Positions 25,026-32,000 of a stretch of 32,000 nucleotides of DNA are shown here, in pieces. This DNA comes from Demequinaceae bacterium (GTDB lineage Bacteria; Actinomycetota; Actinomycetes; Actinomycetales; Demequinaceae), in assembly GCA_965250005.1 (NCBI GenBank), contig OZ252279.1, positions 1,560,001 to 1,592,000 on the forward strand, given 5' to 3'. Position 1 is the stretch's first letter. Each line of letters opens with the position of its first letter. The notes below the pieces were generated by a model. The model saw only the letters and a program-made list of their open reading frames with translations, was not told the DNA's origin and did not search any database. A program made the translations under genes and the position numbers.

Positions 25026-25655
25026 CTACTTGACGAACATCGACGGGACCGTCACGCCGCCGACAATGGTCGCCGCGCCGTAATCGAACTGGATGTCGTA
25101 GTAGGCCTGCTCGTTCGCGCCGACGCCCGCAGGCAGGTTCGCTGCGCCCACCACAAGGAAGTTGCCCGCGAGCGGCGTCGCGGAGTTGCTTGCGCCAAAC
25201 TGGAAGTGCGTGCCAACGGGCACGTAGGCCTCGAAGATCACAAAGACGTCGCCGAGTAGAAACTCCTTGCACTCGTGGTAGCCGCTGCCTGAACGTGAAC
25301 AGAGAATGTGCGAGGCGGGATCCGACGCGTTGCCGAGCATCTCGGCGTAGACGGTCACGTAGACAAAGTCGCCCTGGTTGAAGATCTCTTCGAGCGTGTA
25401 CACGCCAGTGTGCATCGGCGCCGGGGGGTAGGGGTCGGCGTCCGGCGGCGGAGGTGGCGCTTCCGGCGAATTCCTCGCGGAGGGTGCGGTGGATTGGGCG
25501 GGCTCGGTCAGCGACGGGGACGCGCTCTGAGTGGTAGATACCATTGCCTGCGGCGGCGGCCCCGGGGCATCGGTGGAGGACGTACATCCAGCCAGACTCA
25601 GTCCGAGCGCACCAGCGACGAGAAGTCGCGCGACCGTGGTTGCTGGGCTAGCCAT
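25026..25655 (-). CDS. Putative lipoprotein with a Pro/Ser-rich linker, unknown function
   Basis: 209 aa. Signal peptide plus lipobox LAGC (MASPATTVARLLVAGALGLSLAGC), a Pro-rich spacer, and a beta-rich C-terminal domain. TACCGT (complement of 25662-25667) lies 6 nt upstream of the ATG. Confidence 0.7.
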   Translation of the reverse strand: MASPATTVARLLVAGALGLSLAGCTSSTDAPGPPPQAMVSTTQSASPSLTEPAQSTAPSARNSPEAPPPPPDADPYPPAPMHTGVYTLEEIFNQGDFVYVTVYAEMLGNASDPASHILCSRSGSGYHECKEFLLGDVFVIFEAYVPVGTHFQFGASNSATPLAGNFLVVGAANLPAGVGANEQAYYDIQFDYGAATIVGGVTVPSMFVK

Positions 25656-25706
25656 ACGCCCACGGTAGCCGGGGACGGACAGTCGCGCACCCGGGCACGT
25701 AGTCTG

Positions 25707-26129
25707 CTAGGACTGCCGCCAGGGCAGGCCCGCGGAGCGCCAGCCGGAACCGCCGCGGTGGCCGTCGTCGTCCGTCGCGCCTTCGAAACCGTCGAGCACG
25801 TTGAACGACGGGCTGAGACCAGCGTCCGTCGCGGCAACAGCAGCGCCGATGGAGCGCTGGCCTGAGCGGCACAGGAATATGATCGGCGACTCAGAGCCGG
25901 GCTCGAGACCGTGTTCCTTGAGCTGAGCTGCGAACTGGTGGTTGCGCTCGCCCTCGGGGTAGCTGACCCACTCGATGAAGAGCACGTCGCGGCCAAGCTC
26001 GTCCGTCTCGGGAACGCCGACGAAGCGCCACTCCGCCTCGGTGCGAACGTCGACGAGGATCGCGTGTTCATCGGCTTTCAGCATGTCCCATGCCACCTGG
26101 GGTGTGATGTCGCCCGCGTAGTTGCTCAA
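25707..26129 (-). CDS. Single-domain rhodanese-like sulfurtransferase
   Basis: 140 aa. Active-site loop FLCRSGQRS. The TTG start overlaps the stop of the upstream small gene (TTGA). Confidence 0.85.
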   Translation of the reverse strand: MSNYAGDITPQVAWDMLKADEHAILVDVRTEAEWRFVGVPETDELGRDVLFIEWVSYPEGERNHQFAAQLKEHGLEPGSESPIIFLCRSGQRSIGAAVAATDAGLSPSFNVLDGFEGATDDDGHRGGSGWRSAGLPWRQS

Positions 26130-26377
26130 CTGTTCGCCTTTGCAGCTGCCTCAGCGGATGTCGGTCCGTCGAGCTTGGACTGAAAGTGCGCCTTGTCGTG
26201 GTCGTGGCCGTTCGGGCCGTGGGAATGCTCGCCGTGCGAGTGGCCCTCGCCGTGGCTGTGCCCGTGGCCGCCCTCGCCGTGCCCACCGCAACCGCATGCG
26301 CCGCCACAGCCGCAGCCGCCGGTGGCCTTGCCGATGTCCATCAGGTTCGGACGTTTGCCCGCTGCTGCCTCGTTCAT
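26126..26377 (-). CDS. Small Cys-Gly / His-rich putative metal-binding protein
   Basis: ORF 26126..26404. ATG 26377 is preferred (GGAG, the complement of 26383-26386, 5 nt upstream). The 83-aa product is MNEAAAGKRPNLMDIGKATGGCGCGGACGCGGHGEGGHGHSHGEGHSHGEHSHGPNGHDHDKAHFQSKLDGPTSAEAAAKANS, with 4 Cys and 11 His between residues 22 and 64. Confidence 0.65.
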   Translation of the reverse strand: MNEAAAGKRPNLMDIGKATGGCGCGGACGCGGHGEGGHGHSHGEGHSHGEHSHGPNGHDHDKAHFQSKLDGPTSAEAAAKANS

Positions 26378-26485
26378 GGCTGCTCCATTCGCTCGCGCGG
26401 CCATCCGCCGCGACTGGTGTAAGTCTATGGGAGCGGTCGCGAGCTAATCACGGTGGCCTGTGCGCGCCGGGCCGCCGGGCCTGAG

Positions 26486-28558
26486 TCAGCGGGCGGCTGC
26501 CGCTGCGTCAACAAGGGGCTCGAGCGCGCGGTGACTAGCCATCACGACGAGTCCGACGACCGCCACGACAACGAGTCCGATACCGGCGATGATGCCAATC
26601 GCTGTCAGCGAGTCCACAAAGCTTGCGGATGACAAGTCGAGGCCGTCGTTTTCCCATCGCCGGAGCGGATCCACTGCGGCGACCCCCACGCTCGCCACAG
26701 CTCCGAACCCAACGCCAACCAGTTGCGGGACGACCTGTTTGATGAACGCGCTATAGCGTCGGCTACGGTCGTTCAACCCAAGTGCGCGCTGTGTGGCGTC
26801 CTCGAGCGCGGAGATTCGCGCACTGTTGGCGCCGATAGCAACCGCCACCAGCTGCGCGACGCCCAAGGTTATGATCGTCAGCGTCACGACCCAAGGCACG
26901 TCCATGCGGACCGCATACACGAACTCGCCGAAATCCCAATCGATTGTGGGTTCGACGACTACGGCCCAGAATGTTGGCCGCGCGAAGTTGGTCGCACCGA
27001 AGATTGCTGCCGTGATTACCGCTCCCGCAGAGATGAAAGCTGGCGTCGCGAATTGGCGCGGCCGTGCCTCGATGGCGGCGCCTGCCGAAATCGCGGCCGG
27101 AACTCTCATACGGCTTAGTGCCCTGCCCAACGCGGCGGTTGCGACGCGTGTCGCCTCGAGCAGGAGGAAGTACGCAGGAACGGCCGTGATAGCCGCTCCG
27201 AAGGTTCTAACGTCCGAATCCTGGGCTCCCCAGGCCGACCCAGACGCGAACACCGCGGAGCCGAGCGCAAGCGGGATCGTCAGCCACCATACAGATACTC
27301 GGCGTGAGACTTCCGATTCGGAGATGTCGTTCACGGGCTTGAGCGCCGCGACGGGACCTTCGCGACCCGACCAAAAGGCGGGCACCGCGGCAATGACGAT
27401 TGCCACGCTGATCACGCCCACCACGATTAGGCTCCACAAGGCGGCGGAGGTCCCGATTCCATATGGAGCAATACCACCGGGAGTGGTCGCGTTGCTAATC
27501 GCGACCGTCGCGACGTTGCCGAGTGCCGCGAGCGCGACGCCGCCAACTAAAGCGATGCCCGCGAGAATGAGCGCTTCAAGGCCAGCGAGGGACCGCATGG
27601 TGGAGGCGCTCGCACCCAACGTCCGTGCGGTCGCTACCCACTGGAGGCGCCGCTGCGCCTGCGCCCGCCCCATGGCAAATGCCATGAGGATCACAGCAGC
27701 CAGCATGGCGATGGCAACCATCAATGCGACCCGGGAGGTATGGGAACCGGCTGCTTCGCTGTGCGGGAGGATGCCGTTGTCAACCAGCAATCCGTCGAGC
27801 TCGGGGTTGCCGCCTTCCCAAGAGATGTGAACGAATGCTGTCTGTAGGCCACCTTGTGTGGTCTCCGATTGCGACCAGCGCAAGGTGAAGACGGAAGTCT
27901 CCCCGAACGAGTCCTCCCACGAGAGGACGGCCTGCGGCGCTAGTCCCCATTTGGGCCACGAAGTGACGGTCGCAAGTTCGCCGACGATCGTGACCATCAA
28001 CTCGGTCCCCGGGTTGGCCGTGGTCGTTGCGTGACGGATGTTGTAATCGTCATCAAGGTGTGTTGCCGGCGCCACGAGCGTGATGGTGTCGCCCACCTTC
28101 ACTCCAAGCTCCGCCATCACCGCGCCGTTGAGGTACGTCGTGCCGGGAGTGGGTGCTTCAGAAACGCCGAAGACGTCGAGCCTGTGGTCTCCGCGCGTTG
28201 CAACCACCACCAGTTGCTCTTCCGTTGATGCGATCAGTGGCACTGCGAATCTGGTCGCGACGACCCGGGGGTCGTTGGCGAGCGCCGCGGAGACGAGGAC
28301 GTTGACCTCCTCTCCACTGAGCTGCGTCCCTTCGTAACTGGCAATGGGATCGGCGCTTGGGAGACGCACGTCGATGAACCCGTTTCGCGCGTGTACGAAT
28401 CCCGCGAGCAGGTTGGACTGCTCCAGTGACTTCAGTCCGGTGTTGTGCTGGAATGCCGCCAGCGAAGACGCAGCGACGAACAGCGCGAGCATCGCCGCGG
28501 CCCAACCGACGTAGCGACGGTTGTGCCGGGCGTGCTGCGCCGCGAGTTGCCAAATCAT
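26486..28558 (-). CDS. ABC transporter permease with two FtsX domains and a MacB-like extracytoplasmic domain (paralog B)
   Basis: ORF 26486..28996, but codons upstream of ATG 28558 overlap the preceding gene and are Arg/Gly junk. ATG 28558..28556 overlaps the upstream stop (ATGA). 690 aa. Shares MGRAQAQRRLQWVATARTLGAS and VPAFWSGREGPVAALKP with paralog A. Confidence 0.8.
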   Translation of the reverse strand: MIWQLAAQHARHNRRYVGWAAAMLALFVAASSLAAFQHNTGLKSLEQSNLLAGFVHARNGFIDVRLPSADPIASYEGTQLSGEEVNVLVSAALANDPRVVATRFAVPLIASTEEQLVVVATRGDHRLDVFGVSEAPTPGTTYLNGAVMAELGVKVGDTITLVAPATHLDDDYNIRHATTTANPGTELMVTIVGELATVTSWPKWGLAPQAVLSWEDSFGETSVFTLRWSQSETTQGGLQTAFVHISWEGGNPELDGLLVDNGILPHSEAAGSHTSRVALMVAIAMLAAVILMAFAMGRAQAQRRLQWVATARTLGASASTMRSLAGLEALILAGIALVGGVALAALGNVATVAISNATTPGGIAPYGIGTSAALWSLIVVGVISVAIVIAAVPAFWSGREGPVAALKPVNDISESEVSRRVSVWWLTIPLALGSAVFASGSAWGAQDSDVRTFGAAITAVPAYFLLLEATRVATAALGRALSRMRVPAAISAGAAIEARPRQFATPAFISAGAVITAAIFGATNFARPTFWAVVVEPTIDWDFGEFVYAVRMDVPWVVTLTIITLGVAQLVAVAIGANSARISALEDATQRALGLNDRSRRYSAFIKQVVPQLVGVGFGAVASVGVAAVDPLRRWENDGLDLSSASFVDSLTAIGIIAGIGLVVVAVVGLVVMASHRALEPLVDAAAAAR

Positions 28559-30645
28559 GCGGACACCTTCTGTGCTGCCTCGACGGGTAACGACAGAGAC
28601 GCTCGCCGCGTTGCGAGGAACGCTACGCAGGCCGCTATCGCGAGGGCGTACGCCGCAATAAGCAGCGTTCCAAGCAGCCCTGCGAGGGCACCAGCCGCGA
28701 CGCCAATCAAGCGAGTACGGCCCTGCGAATCCCATCCCACGATTCCGCCCGCAGTGACCAGCACGGTTCCCACTGCGGAGCCGAGGACCGCGCCGACGGC
28801 CTGCGGTACCCACAGTTGAATCCACGATGCGAATTGGTCCTGGCGCTGCGAAAGACCCATTGCCCGAGCCGCTGCGACTTCGCGCCCGGTGGCCGCGCGC
28901 TGGCCGGCGAAGATGGCCATTGCCACCACTTGCATCGCGAGGAACGCGACTAACGCCGCTGGAATCGCAGAGCCCCCGATGATCGATGACCACCAAAGAG
29001 AGATGTCGTCACTCACGTCCGCGCGCACAAACTGAAGGTGAGTCCACAGGTATTCTGACGCCCTGCCCGTCGCTTGCGACGTGGCTTTGGCGCTGGCGAG
29101 GGCCGCTGCCAGCGCCCAGAGCATCGCGAGCGCGACCCCTTGTCGGGGCCGGGCAATCATGCCCCCGCCTGCCGAAAGCAAACCGGGCCGCCGCGACCTC
29201 GACATTCGGCGCCCCAGGGCTGGAATAGCCCGTCGCAATCGTTCGAGCATCAGCGCGACGGTGGCGGCGAGCATCGCAAGCCCTCCGCCAAGAATGAGTT
29301 GATTTGACATCCCCCAGGAGAACCGGCCGCCGATGAGGATGAGGAACGCTCCGCTTGCGAGCACCCACCACATCGACTTCACCGGCACTCGGCTTGGCAG
29401 GTCGCCCTCGGTCGCATCGCGCACAGGCTTGAGGGCGGCGGCGGGCGAGACCCGTGATGCCCAATAGGCAGGGACGCCAGCGACAATGACCGATACGATC
29501 GCCGCGGCAGAGACGAGGATCGCGGCCGACCACCACGGGAACGTAACGAGTGCGGGTCCCGCGGGGTACGGCACCGACGCGCGCGCAATTGCGAGCTGCA
29601 CGGCGGCCACCCCGACGCCGAGCCCCGTGCCAGCAAGCAGCGCCGCCGCCGCAACGAGCCCCCCTTCGATAAGCGTTGCGCTCGCGATCTGTCCTCGCGT
29701 TGCGCCTAGTAATCGTGCGGTCGCGACCCACTTGGTGCGAGCGGCGGCTTGGCTGCGGCCGAAAGCGAATCCCATGATGATCATTGCCGCGAACAATGCG
29801 GCGCCCGCTCCCACCCACAGGGCCGCCGAGTTGGGCAGGGAGAACGGCGACCGGGACATCTCATAGGGACCCCAGGCATTGAGTGGGGCGAGGGCAGAGT
29901 GCTCCGCATTCCATGACACGCGAGCCTCGAGCTCGCCCGACGGACCGTTGGACGCGGGATTCCACACGTAGTGCAAAGCGAGGCCGTTGGGCGTCGTGGC
30001 TTCCGACCAATGGAGCAGCATGGTGGTGCCGTACACATCGAATGGCGCCAAAGTAGATGCGCGAGTGAGCCCGACTGCGGTCACGGTCTTCGATTGAGGG
30101 GACTGACCCTCGTCTCCGTAGACCTGGTTCGCTAGAACTGCGACTTCGGATCCGACGCTGAGCCCCAGACTCTCGGCAACGTCAGCCGCGAGCACCACTT
30201 CTCCCGCCCGCGCTGGAGCCCGGCCTGCGGCGAGGACATCGTCCCACGGAAAGCTGCCGTACACGGCTAGCGCGTCGACCGATTCGAACCTCTCCCACCC
30301 GGGTTGGCTCGGGTCGCCCTGGATGCCGATCGTTCTGTACGCGACTGCGACGGCTTCGGCACCGTCAGCGTTTGCCGCGTCGACGAGCACCCGGAGGTCG
30401 CGGATTTCCATAGAGTGCTCGGTTCGCTGTAGCGAGACAGGTACTTGCGCGTCCGCAATGAGCCACGCGGAGTAGGCTCTGTCGTTTGCCTCGGCGCGAT
30501 CGAGATCCAGTCTGATGGAGGCGCGCGTCGCCCCCACAGTGAGAACGAATGCGAGCAAAGCGAGAAGCAGCGTCATCGTGAACGCGGTCCACCGCGTGAA
30601 TACAGAGTTTGCGCGCAGTTGTTCCAGAGCGAGGGTCCAGGTCAT
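28555..30645 (-). CDS. ABC transporter permease with two FtsX domains and a MacB-like extracytoplasmic domain (paralog A)
   Basis: 696 aa. TM1, then a ~250-aa extracytoplasmic region (VVLAADVAESLGLSVGSEVAVL), then FGRSQAAARTKWVATARLLGAT and VPAYWASRVSPAAALKP, then a second FtsX-like TM bundle at the C-terminus. Confidence 0.8.
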   Translation of the reverse strand: MTWTLALEQLRANSVFTRWTAFTMTLLLALLAFVLTVGATRASIRLDLDRAEANDRAYSAWLIADAQVPVSLQRTEHSMEIRDLRVLVDAANADGAEAVAVAYRTIGIQGDPSQPGWERFESVDALAVYGSFPWDDVLAAGRAPARAGEVVLAADVAESLGLSVGSEVAVLANQVYGDEGQSPQSKTVTAVGLTRASTLAPFDVYGTTMLLHWSEATTPNGLALHYVWNPASNGPSGELEARVSWNAEHSALAPLNAWGPYEMSRSPFSLPNSAALWVGAGAALFAAMIIMGFAFGRSQAAARTKWVATARLLGATRGQIASATLIEGGLVAAAALLAGTGLGVGVAAVQLAIARASVPYPAGPALVTFPWWSAAILVSAAAIVSVIVAGVPAYWASRVSPAAALKPVRDATEGDLPSRVPVKSMWWVLASGAFLILIGGRFSWGMSNQLILGGGLAMLAATVALMLERLRRAIPALGRRMSRSRRPGLLSAGGGMIARPRQGVALAMLWALAAALASAKATSQATGRASEYLWTHLQFVRADVSDDISLWWSSIIGGSAIPAALVAFLAMQVVAMAIFAGQRAATGREVAAARAMGLSQRQDQFASWIQLWVPQAVGAVLGSAVGTVLVTAGGIVGWDSQGRTRLIGVAAGALAGLLGTLLIAAYALAIAACVAFLATRRASLSLPVEAAQKVSA

Positions 30646-30727
30646 CGCATTCCCCCAGGGCGGGTTGGCATCAGGTTCTGGAGGGCCGTCTTCGAGATTC
30701 CGCCCGCCGTCAAATGTGCGAGCCGCC

Positions 30728-31504
30728 TCATCGCTCGACCCCCGCTAGCGCGTCGAGCCCGGCAAGCACCGACGCAGGCGTTGGGTTGTCTATGTGCCCG
30801 GCTATGCGCCCGTCGGCCAGCAGCAAGACGTTCCCTGCGTACGACGCCGCGGTGGGGTCGTGCGTCACCATAACAACCGATTGTCCAAGCTCCCTGCATG
30901 CCTGCCGCAAGTGCGACAGAATCTCGGCGCTGGCGTGGGTGTCTAGGTTCCCTGTGGGTTCGTCGGCAAACACGACGTGCGGGCGTGTGATGAGTGCCCT
31001 TGCGATCGCGACGCGTTGCTGCTGGCCGCCGGACATTTCGTAGGGCTTGCGGGAGAGCTCCTTGCCGATGCCGAGCAGCGCGACAAGCTCGTCCAGCCAG
31101 GCCTCGTCCGCGTCTAGTCCGTTGAGCCTGCGTGGCAGCACGATGTTGTCGTGGGCAGACATGGTCTGGAGAAGGTTGAAGCCCTGGAATACGAAGCCGA
31201 TTGCGGTGCCATGTACCTTCGCTGCCTCCTTGTCCTTGAGCGCACTCAGGTGCGCGTCGCGGATCCACACGTCGCCCGAGTCGGCGTTGTCGAGCCCCGC
31301 AAGCAGGTGAACGAGCGTCGTCTTGCCGGACCCTGACGGGCCCATGACCGCGGTGAGTGTCCCCACGGTGACGTCGATGTCGACGTGATCCACTGCGGTG
31401 ACCGCGGCATCGCCGGATCCGTAGGTTTTGGTCAGACCGCGGGCCTTGACTGCGGGGTTCTTGGGCGACTTCTTCGCCTTTGGGTTGGATTTCTTTCTTT
31501 CCAT
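30728..31504 (-). CDS. ABC transporter ATP-binding protein (MacB/LolD-like)
   Basis: 258 aa. Walker A GPSGSGKTT, signature MSGGQQQRVAIARAL, Walker B VVFADEPT, H-loop VTHD. Lys-rich N-terminal extension MERKKSNPKAKKSPKNPAVKA. TAGCGT (complement of 31512-31517) lies 7 nt upstream of the ATG. Confidence 0.9.
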   Translation of the reverse strand: MERKKSNPKAKKSPKNPAVKARGLTKTYGSGDAAVTAVDHVDIDVTVGTLTAVMGPSGSGKTTLVHLLAGLDNADSGDVWIRDAHLSALKDKEAAKVHGTAIGFVFQGFNLLQTMSAHDNIVLPRRLNGLDADEAWLDELVALLGIGKELSRKPYEMSGGQQQRVAIARALITRPHVVFADEPTGNLDTHASAEILSHLRQACRELGQSVVMVTHDPTAASYAGNVLLLADGRIAGHIDNPTPASVLAGLDALAGVER

Positions 31505-31609
31505 ACCGCCGACGCTATGGCGAGTAGTGCGCCGAGCGCATCGGACCGTGGCATGGAGATGGGCGATACCTGGGTATGACCAGCTCTGCGCGGGCGCGGG
31601 CGCTGACGG

Positions 31610-32000
31610 CTACGCGCTTGGGCGGACCAGCCCGGTCTCGTAGGCAATGACCACAATTTGCGCACGGTCGCGTGCGCCCAGCTTGGCGAGAATCTTGCCG
31701 ATGTGAGTCTTCACGGTGGGCTCGGCGAGGAACAGCTCCCCGCAGATTTCCGCGTTGGACAGCCCGCGCGCGATCAGGGTCAGCACCTCGCGCTCGCGGT
31801 CGGTGAGGTCCTCAAGGCTCGCGCCGTCGACCGGGCTCGGTAGGGTGCGAGAGAGCGTGTCGAGCAGGCGGCGTGTGGCCGACGGTGCGATCACCGCGTC
31901 CCCGGCGTGCACGGCGCGGACCGCCGCGAGCAGGTCCTCGGGCAGAGCGTCCTTGAGCAGGAATCCGCTCGCGCCCGCGCGGATGGCTGCCACCACGTAC
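31610..32000 (-). CDS. NarL/LuxR-family response regulator (partial; 5' end beyond the window end)
   Basis: The reading frame is open to the window edge. It shows the end of a receiver domain (AIRAGASGFLLKD) and a LuxR HTH (LTDREREVLTLIARGLSNAEICGELFLAEPTVKTHIGKILAKLG). Confidence 0.85.
   Translation of the reverse strand, partial: YVVAAIRAGASGFLLKDALPEDLLAAVRAVHAGDAVIAPSATRRLLDTLSRTLPSPVDGASLEDLTDREREVLTLIARGLSNAEICGELFLAEPTVKTHIGKILAKLGARDRAQIVVIAYETGLVRPSA

Noticed and set aside
28559-28996. N-terminal 146-codon extension of ORF 26486..28996
   Set aside because: It overlaps the 3' end of permease A in another frame and translates to Arg/Gly-rich junk. The ATGA-coupled ATG at 28558 gives an N-terminus (MIWQLAAQHARHNRRY, then a TM helix) parallel to paralog A.
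26793-31268. Plus- and minus-strand ORFs of 200-345 aa overlapping the permease and ATPase genes (26793..27830, 29009..29818, 30642..31268)
   Set aside because: They are shadow ORFs with low-complexity Arg/Ala/Thr-rich translations. The annotated frames carry ABC and FtsX motifs.
1-32000. Search for tRNA, rRNA, CRISPR repeats, IS inverted repeats, integrase/transposase genes and riboswitch-like leaders
   Set aside because: I saw no regularly spaced direct repeats, no cloverleaf-like segments in the short intergenic regions and no transposase or integrase-like translations. Most intergenic gaps are under 170 bp and are explained by promoters or terminators.

Overview
High-GC, actinobacterial-type chromosomal segment with about 36 protein-coding genes. 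I found no rRNA, tRNA, CRISPR array or recognisable IS/transposase. The backbone is core metabolism and housekeeping: xthA, an SDR, pyrE, dedA, a TrmH/SpoU methyltransferase, class II fba, purA, purD, purC, purS, purQ, an LLM-type flavin oxidoreductase and metZ with a rhodanese. Between these sit accessory modules. (1) 3.8-7.4 kb: a LemA gene surrounded by three divergent paralogs of an uncharacterised membrane-anchored family; the last paralog carries a histone-like basic tail. (2) 17.7-18.6 kb: a GNAT acetyltransferase fused to a P-loop kinase-like domain. (3) 19.0-19.8 kb: a secreted protein with 27 uninterrupted collagen-like Gly-X-Y triplets. (4) 19.8-23.0 kb: a MerR-regulator / CopZ / CopA copper module with a MerR-type long-spacer promoter, followed by a low-GC patch of uncertain coding. 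(5) 26.1-26.4 kb: an 83-aa Cys-Gly / His-rich protein translationally coupled to the rhodanese. (6) 26.5-32.0 kb: two tandem paralogous double-FtsX permeases, one ABC ATPase and a LuxR-type response regulator. NarL/LuxR-type response regulators are cut by both window edges. A window-wide signal: at least 13 genes have a TANNNT hexamer exactly 6-7 nt upstream of the start codon, which implies leaderless transcripts. All family assignments come from reading the translations and recalling motifs; no database search was possible.
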